Positions 59,021-64,000 of a DNA stretch of 64,000 nt are shown piece after piece. Under the pieces are notes generated by a model that saw only the letters and a program-made list of their open reading frames with translations, was not told the DNA's origin and did no database searches. The stretch is from Candidatus Omnitrophota bacterium (GTDB taxonomy: Bacteria; Omnitrophota; Gorgyraeia; B26-G9), in the NCBI GenBank assembly GCA_043805415.1, contig JAZDHZ010000037.1, positions 6,949 to 70,948 of the forward strand. Direction: 5' to 3'. Position numbers and translations under genes: made by a program. Positions within the stretch are counted from its first letter, which is position 1. The number at the start of each line of letters is the position of its first letter.

Positions 59021-59830
59021 CTAGTTGATTAGAATATAAATTTTCCCTTTTCCCTGTTCAAGTGCATCCAAAGCACTGCCCACAACCATGCCCGGCAATA
59101 CCTGATCATCATCAGCTTTCATCGCATAGCCTGGCTGAGAAGATGTAACTAAAATATCACCTCTTTTAATCGCGCCATTTTCCGCGCTAACATTACACCT
59201 AACAATTCCCGCTAAAGCCAAAGGCTTAGATCCAGCTGCCGGCCCCATAAATATCTTAGGATTTTCTGATATAACCCCGGCAACTTTAGAATCAAATTTA
59301 ACTGTTGAACGAGTCACGGAAAGATCTTTATCCTGACTGATAACCACCACATCACAAGCATTGCCGCTTTCCACGCTAATTCCTTCGGCAATATCATAAA
59401 CAAATTTTCCATCAGTGCGAAAATCAGTTCCAGCTCCGGGATCATCCATTGTCAAAATACTTGCATGCAAAGAGCCTAATCTCGTATCTCCGGAAAAGTC
59501 CTCAAAATTAATTGAGTATGCACCGCCATTGCCCATAACCATACTGCCAAATTCACTATTGTCAAAATAAAGCCCATCATGGACCCTCAGAGATCTAAAA
59601 GCTGACTGGCCGCTTGGATCAGCAAAACGCGTAGCATCAGCCTTGTCAATAAACTGCTTGGAAACAATAACATTATACGCCGCGATATCCAAAGCATTCG
59701 GATTGAATCTATCCGCGTCCAGCCAAAGAGATTTAGCTGTTCCTTGCTGAGCAAAACTAAATCCTACCCAAAATAACAATATCAGAATCAGGTTGATAAA
59801 AACTGTTTTTAGATAATCTATTTTTTTCAT
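59021..59830 (-). CDS. Secreted protein with C-terminal tailspike intramolecular-chaperone-like (peptidase G2-like) domain
   Basis: Signal peptide ending GFSFA. C-terminal YDIAEG..DVVVI..FDSKVAGVISENP..PLALAGIVRC.V..ENG.IKRGD.LVTS..PGYAM...G..VG.AL. Confidence 0.65.
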   Translation of the reverse strand: MKKIDYLKTVFINLILILLFWVGFSFAQQGTAKSLWLDADRFNPNALDIAAYNVIVSKQFIDKADATRFADPSGQSAFRSLRVHDGLYFDNSEFGSMVMGNGGAYSINFEDFSGDTRLGSLHASILTMDDPGAGTDFRTDGKFVYDIAEGISVESGNACDVVVISQDKDLSVTRSTVKFDSKVAGVISENPKIFMGPAAGSKPLALAGIVRCNVSAENGAIKRGDILVTSSQPGYAMKADDDQVLPGMVVGSALDALEQGKGKIYILIN

Positions 59831-59849
59831 AAGAATATTCTCTGTATTT

Positions 59850-60659
59850 TTATTGTTTATTAACTAAAACAAAAATTTTATCACTGCCTGCCGGCAATGC
59901 CTGCAATGCTTTACCCAGCAGCATGCCGGGTTTCACTTCTTTCGCGGAAGCGCGCATCGCGTAACCAGGCAAAGAAGAACTTACCAGTAAATCACCTCTT
60001 TTAATTGCTCCATTTTCAACAGTCGCGTTGCATTTAACAATTCCAGCTAAAGCTAAAGGCATTTTATCTTCGCCAGCGCCCATATATATTTTCGGATCAG
60101 CAGACACAATCCCGGCAACCCGAGAATCAAATTTTATAGATGATTTAATTAAGCCATTTTCCGGATCATCACCAATAATCACCACATCGCCTGCAGCACA
60201 TTCACTAATTTTCATGCCTTCAGCAATATCATATACATATTTACCGCCAGAACGCTGATCACCCGGGCCAGGAGCATCCATTGTTAAAATACTTGCGTGA
60301 ACCGCACCCAGCCGAGTCGCACCATTAACAAAATTTATTGAGTAAGTCGTGCTTGGCCCATAAACAACATTTACCACTAATCCATCAAAAATCCGCAAAG
60401 ACTGGAATTGGCTGTCTCCGCTGGGATCAATCCAGCGGTTAACATTATTAAAATCAATAAATCTCGCGGCCCTAACAGTATCAAACTCTCCGAACGGGCA
60501 AGGATAAAATGTGGTTAAGGTCACTTCCTCTGGAGATACTTGCGATGTTGCCGTGGAAGAATAGATGAGCAATCCCATCAATCCAACTACGACAAATAAA
60601 AGCAAATACTCTTTATTCACCTGTTTTATTTTTTCCCATAACTTTTTAAATCCTGGCAT
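59850..60659 (-). CDS. Paralogous secreted protein with LTTFYP.P.G motif and C-terminal intramolecular-chaperone-like domain
   Basis: Hydrophobic N-terminus and EEVTLTTFYPCPFGEF. Shares DPSG.S.F.SLR, YSINF, HASILTMD.PG and YDIAEG...ALAGIV.C..ENG.IKRGD with the downstream paralogue. Confidence 0.65.
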   Translation of the reverse strand: MPGFKKLWEKIKQVNKEYLLLFVVVGLMGLLIYSSTATSQVSPEEVTLTTFYPCPFGEFDTVRAARFIDFNNVNRWIDPSGDSQFQSLRIFDGLVVNVVYGPSTTYSINFVNGATRLGAVHASILTMDAPGPGDQRSGGKYVYDIAEGMKISECAAGDVVIIGDDPENGLIKSSIKFDSRVAGIVSADPKIYMGAGEDKMPLALAGIVKCNATVENGAIKRGDLLVSSSLPGYAMRASAKEVKPGMLLGKALQALPAGSDKIFVLVNKQ

Positions 60660-60724
60660 GATTATTTGCCTCCAATATATTATTTAAATTATGCCCTATA
60701 AACTCAACTTCTAATTTAGCTTTA

Positions 60725-61069
60725 TCACCAATTCACAGTTGCCGTGATTCTGGTAGTGCCGCCTCCGGCAGCAGCTTGGGCAATTGTAACAGTCATCGGA
60801 GTCATCCCTGCCATTGTCGCGGGAAAAGCTACCCCTGTATGCAATGCTGACATTGCCCTGATCAAAGCAGATTCTCCGGCATAAAACGACATACTATGCT
60901 TAATCTCCCTGACTACCACATTATGCAGATTATGCGCGTAAGCCATCATGTACACAGCAATAAGCCCAATCACACTCACGTAAATAAAGGAAACAACCAT
61001 TGCTTGGGCTTTTTCTCTTTCAGTTTTTTTATTACTGAGCTTACTTAAAATATTTTTAATTTTTTCCAT
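60725..61069 (-). CDS. PilX/GspK-like minor pilin (no Glu5)
   Basis: Basic leader, then A|QAMVVSFIYVSVIGLI hydrophobic helix and SFYAGESA, which resembles the PilX AFYAAEAG motif. Confidence 0.6.
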   Translation of the reverse strand: MEKIKNILSKLSNKKTEREKAQAMVVSFIYVSVIGLIAVYMMAYAHNLHNVVVREIKHSMSFYAGESALIRAMSALHTGVAFPATMAGMTPMTVTIAQAAAGGGTTRITATVNW

Positions 61070-61074
61070 TTATA

Positions 61075-61806
61075 TCACCAGGAGACTCCATCTGGAATTG
61101 GGGGTAAAGAAGGAGCGCAACGCAAAGTAATCTGTTTGCTCAGAGTTATTGAGTGTCTAATCCCGCCACCCAGAGGATCAAGTATTGTTCCTTCTACAGT
61201 TAAAATAACATGAACAGCATTATACGCAATCGGCTGAAAATCAAACTGAGTCACATTATTTGCGATAATTTGAGCTCCTGTTGCCTCACGATCTACTACA
61301 AGTTGGAGCATTGTCGCCGATACGTCCCATTGACGATAAATCTGAACTATCTCATGCGCCGGAAAATCACCGGCAACATCTGCCGCCTCTGCCCTAATGG
61401 TTGAGGCTTGCGTTGCCTGACGCAAAAAAAATCCTGTTCCCCAACTTGTACCGGAAACAACCAGAGCATTTGAGCCTACCAGTGTAGGCATAAGAAAATA
61501 AGCATTTATTGCCTCTTCACCAGAAACCCCTCCCTGATGAATATAACCACCCGGCCCATAAAAACTAAACGGAGGATTAGCTGCCCCAGGACCCTGCGCA
61601 GAGCCATAACAATTAGAGCGCATAACCTCATCGGTTATCAGCTTCATTGCTGTGGTCGCATTTGTATAAACAGCAAAAGCATCATGCATATATCTTATAG
61701 AGGCTAAAGCAAAATAAAAAATCACACCTGTCGCGATCAGAACAACAATCATCAGCATTGCGGAAATTTGTACTTCCAGCAATGTAAACCCTTGATTTTT
61801 TTTCAT
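61075..61806 (-). CDS. PilW/GspJ-like minor pilin
   Basis: Class III signal KKNQG|FTLLEVQIS with Glu5. C-terminal IIANNVTQFDF...V..ILTV...L.KQITLR. Confidence 0.8.
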   Translation of the reverse strand: MKKNQGFTLLEVQISAMLMIVVLIATGVIFYFALASIRYMHDAFAVYTNATTAMKLITDEVMRSNCYGSAQGPGAANPPFSFYGPGGYIHQGGVSGEEAINAYFLMPTLVGSNALVVSGTSWGTGFFLRQATQASTIRAEAADVAGDFPAHEIVQIYRQWDVSATMLQLVVDREATGAQIIANNVTQFDFQPIAYNAVHVILTVEGTILDPLGGGIRHSITLSKQITLRCAPSLPPIPDGVSW

Positions 61807-61807
61807 A

Positions 61808-62134
61808 TTATTCTGTCCAAGTTATTGTCACTTTAATATGCTGCATCGTTGCGCCCAAATTATTCCGAGCAATTGCGCTTGCTCCGCCTTTTTCCACAGA
61901 CAACCAATTAGGTGAAGCCGGATCAGTATAGGTTCCTCTAAAATCCGCCTTTTCACTTTCAAGCAAAGACTGCGCCCAAGTCAAAGCAATCAGTTTGTGA
62001 TGAGAAAGACTTATCAAATTATTAGCATTTCGATAAGTCGCGAATAGAGCAGCAAGCACTAAAGTAAGCAATAGTGCTGCCATAACTACCTCTACTAACG
62101 ATAAACCTTTATTATTTAAGTGTTTTTTATCCAT
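61808..62134 (-). CDS. PilV/GspI-like minor pilin
   Basis: Class III signal NNKG|LSLVEVVMA with Glu5; A...AQS.LE; C-terminal IKVTITW. Confidence 0.8.
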   Translation of the reverse strand: MDKKHLNNKGLSLVEVVMAALLLTLVLAALFATYRNANNLISLSHHKLIALTWAQSLLESEKADFRGTYTDPASPNWLSVEKGGASAIARNNLGATMQHIKVTITWTE

Positions 62135-62151
62135 AAGAATCCTGAATTTTA

Positions 62152-62179
62152 ATTATAACATTATAGCTTTTAAAGTCAA
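62152..62179 (-). promoter_or_regulatory. sigma70-type promoter of the pilin/fibre unit
   Basis: Minus strand TTGACT-16 nt-TATAAT with an extended TG; the -35 overlaps the alr stop codon. Confidence 0.6.
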
Positions 62180-63324
62180 TGTTTTTTGAACAAGCGTTTT
62201 ACTCGGCTAGATATGCCGCAAACAATCTCGTAAGGAATCGTATCACATAAACTTGCCAGTTTTTCTGCATATACTGCTTTTTTTTGCTCAATCCCGATCA
62301 GGGTAACAATATCGCCGACTTTTACATTGGAAGATAAACCCACATCTACCATAATCTGATCCATGCAAACTCTACCCACAACCGGAAATAACTTACCCTT
62401 GATCAAAACATGCGCTTTGTTGGACAAAGCCCTTACATATCCATCAGCATAACCTATCGAGATAGTAGCAATTTTTGTTTTTGTTTTGACTGCGTAAGTT
62501 CTGCCATAGCTGATTGTCCGGCCAGGCTCTACTTGTTTTAAATAAACTACTCGGCTTTTTAACTCTAATACAGGCTTAAGATTAATGCTTACCTGGTTTT
62601 TCATTGATTCACAGGGATACATTCCATAAACCATTATTCCCGGACGAACCATATTAAATAATCCTGTGCCAATATCTTTTAAGCGGGAAATCGCGCTGCT
62701 GTTTGCCGCATGTACCAGCGGGATATTAATATTATTTTGGTTTAATTTCTTAATTAATGTCTCAAAAATAAGCACTTGCTTTTTTGTAAACTCAATATCC
62801 GTATCCGCGCTGGAAAAATGGGTAAAAATTCCTTCGACTAATAAATTTTTCATTTTGCAAATTTTCAGAATATCCGCGAAAGCAGTCTCATGCCAGATTC
62901 CGATCCGGCCCATACCTGTGTCTATCTTAATATGCACTTTTATTTTTTTCCCAGCCAAAGCAGCAGATTTATTAAATTTTTTTGCTCCGGCTAAATCCGC
63001 GACCGTCAGGCTGACTTGAGCATTCCTGGCCTGGTTTATCTGATTTTGCTCATAGACATTTCCCAGGACCAGAATCAAGGCTTTAACTTTTCCTTTTCTT
63101 AGCGCCAAAGCTTCATTAACACTAGCAACCCCAAGATACTCGACTTTGCATTTTTCCAGTTGTTTGGAAACTTCAAGCATGCCGTGGCCATAGGCATCTG
63201 CTTTTACGGCCACAAGCATTTTAACCCTATTGCCGGCCTTGCGTTTTAACTCTAAAAAGTTAAACTTGATATTAGCCAGATTAATTTCAGCCCATGCGGG
63301 ATATAGAATATTTTTATTTTTCAT
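62176..63324 (-). CDS. alr: Alanine racemase
   Basis: AVKADAYGHG, HIKIDTGMGR.G, FTHFS.AD, HAANS, VRPGI, SYG, GYADG and GRVCMDQ. Confidence 0.97.
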   Translation of the reverse strand: MKNKNILYPAWAEINLANIKFNFLELKRKAGNRVKMLVAVKADAYGHGMLEVSKQLEKCKVEYLGVASVNEALALRKGKVKALILVLGNVYEQNQINQARNAQVSLTVADLAGAKKFNKSAALAGKKIKVHIKIDTGMGRIGIWHETAFADILKICKMKNLLVEGIFTHFSSADTDIEFTKKQVLIFETLIKKLNQNNINIPLVHAANSSAISRLKDIGTGLFNMVRPGIMVYGMYPCESMKNQVSINLKPVLELKSRVVYLKQVEPGRTISYGRTYAVKTKTKIATISIGYADGYVRALSNKAHVLIKGKLFPVVGRVCMDQIMVDVGLSSNVKVGDIVTLIGIEQKKAVYAEKLASLCDTIPYEIVCGISSRVKRLFKKH

Positions 63325-64000
63325 TATTATTTTTTAGTTTTTTCCCGACAGTGCATGTATGCGCGTACAAATACATCGGGACAATATCTTTAGCTTGTTT
63401 GAATTTTTTCTTTTTATAATCGCGATAGCATAGCTTGGCAAAAATATCTGGGTCAGTATACCAAAATTTTTCCTGAGCAAAACTACAGTCTTTATCTTTA
63501 TGGGTCATTATCTGCTCTTTATATAAGCCCACCCCGTCACCGCAGAATAAAGTCTCTGAATTTAAATTTTCCAATAGCTGATCAATCGGACCTAAAAAAT
63601 ACTTACCCTGCTTTTTCAAACTATTCGCTGCTTGCTTAAACACCGCCCCGTAAACCTGTTTGCGTTTGGCATCGATAATCGGACAGATGGTTTTTTTTAC
63701 ATCTTTGCAATTAAAAGCGATCAGATCAAGACTGGAAATACTGATAATCGGAATATCCAAGCCAAGGCTTAAACCTTTAACTGCCGCAATGCCGATGCGC
63801 AATCCGGTAAATGATCCTGGCCCGATATTTACTGCCAAACAATCCAGATCTTTAAGTCTAATTTTCTGTTTTTTTAATATGGTTTGGATGCCAGGGATTA
63901 AAAACTGTCCGTGAGCTCTGGCTTTATTCTGATTATATTTTCTCAAAACCCGATCATTTTCCATAAGCACAATGCACAAAAATTTACTTGATGTATCCAC
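63314..64000 (-). CDS. tsaB: tRNA threonylcarbamoyl biosynthesis protein TsaB (5' truncated by window edge)
   Basis: DTSS, H...L.P.I, GPGSFTGLRIG, IDAKR.QVY and P.Y. Confidence 0.93.
   Translation of the reverse strand: MDTSSKFLCIVLMENDRVLRKYNQNKARAHGQFLIPGIQTILKKQKIRLKDLDCLAVNIGPGSFTGLRIGIAAVKGLSLGLDIPIISISSLDLIAFNCKDVKKTICPIIDAKRKQVYGAVFKQAANSLKKQGKYFLGPIDQLLENLNSETLFCGDGVGLYKEQIMTHKDKDCSFAQEKFWYTDPDIFAKLCYRDYKKKKFKQAKDIVPMYLYAHTCTVGKKLKNNNEK

Noticed and set aside
59021-60659. Prophage tail remnant
   Set aside because: Both proteins have export signals and follow pilin genes; no other phage structural genes are present.
1509-63914. Numerous short ORFs antisense to or overlapping well-supported genes (e.g. 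2567-3004, 13482-13883, 25803-26282, 33983-34492, 51508-52101)
   Set aside because: They are shadow frames of conserved genes, with no recognisable motifs or SD sequences.
1-64000. CRISPR arrays, rRNA, tRNA, transposases and known riboswitches
   Set aside because: No repeat-spacer periodicity, cloverleaf, rRNA-like tract, transposase ORF or riboswitch consensus was recognised by eye. A covariance-model scan would be needed to exclude small RNAs.

Overview
A gene-dense, AT-rich bacterial chromosome segment with about 55 genes. Everything from 3.1 kb onward lies on the minus strand. The diderm envelope genes (waaA, TonB receptor, porins), anaerobic metabolism and protein style suggest a PVC-type anaerobe, probably Ca. 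Omnitrophota; this is an inference. Contents in order: truncated tsaD; an unannotated 27-aa bL37-like basic peptide; a PG-binding/OmpA-MotB/coiled-coil envelope trio; tatA-tatC-tatA/B; siroheme-dependent heme genes (hemB, ahbD-like, ahbA, ahbB, hemL); Trk/Ktr; a 1386-aa pyruvate phosphate dikinase with a signal-peptide-like leader and a degenerate duplicated C-terminal barrel; housekeeping genes (recJ, rlmN, waaA, xerC, topA); an F1-type chemosensory operon with a heme-c MCP and a frameshifted cheW, ending in an FtsA/actin-like ATPase with beta-grasp-like repeats; a porin; a Tat-exported group-1a-like [NiFe] hydrogenase with a tetraheme cytochrome; frameshifted era; aro/leu/ilv genes interleaved with pilD and pilT; and a five-gene unit of three minor pilins plus two secreted paralogues ending in phage-tailspike-type intramolecular-chaperone-like domains; then alr and truncated tsaB. 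No rRNA, tRNA, CRISPR array or transposase was seen. Several intergenic gaps hold structured or repetitive DNA: a REPIN-like doublet, two Y-shaped elements and heptamer arrays. The best candidates for new biology are the pilin plus tailspike-chaperone unit, the apparently exported double-barrel PPDK, and the chemosensory operon coupled to an actin-fold ATPase.
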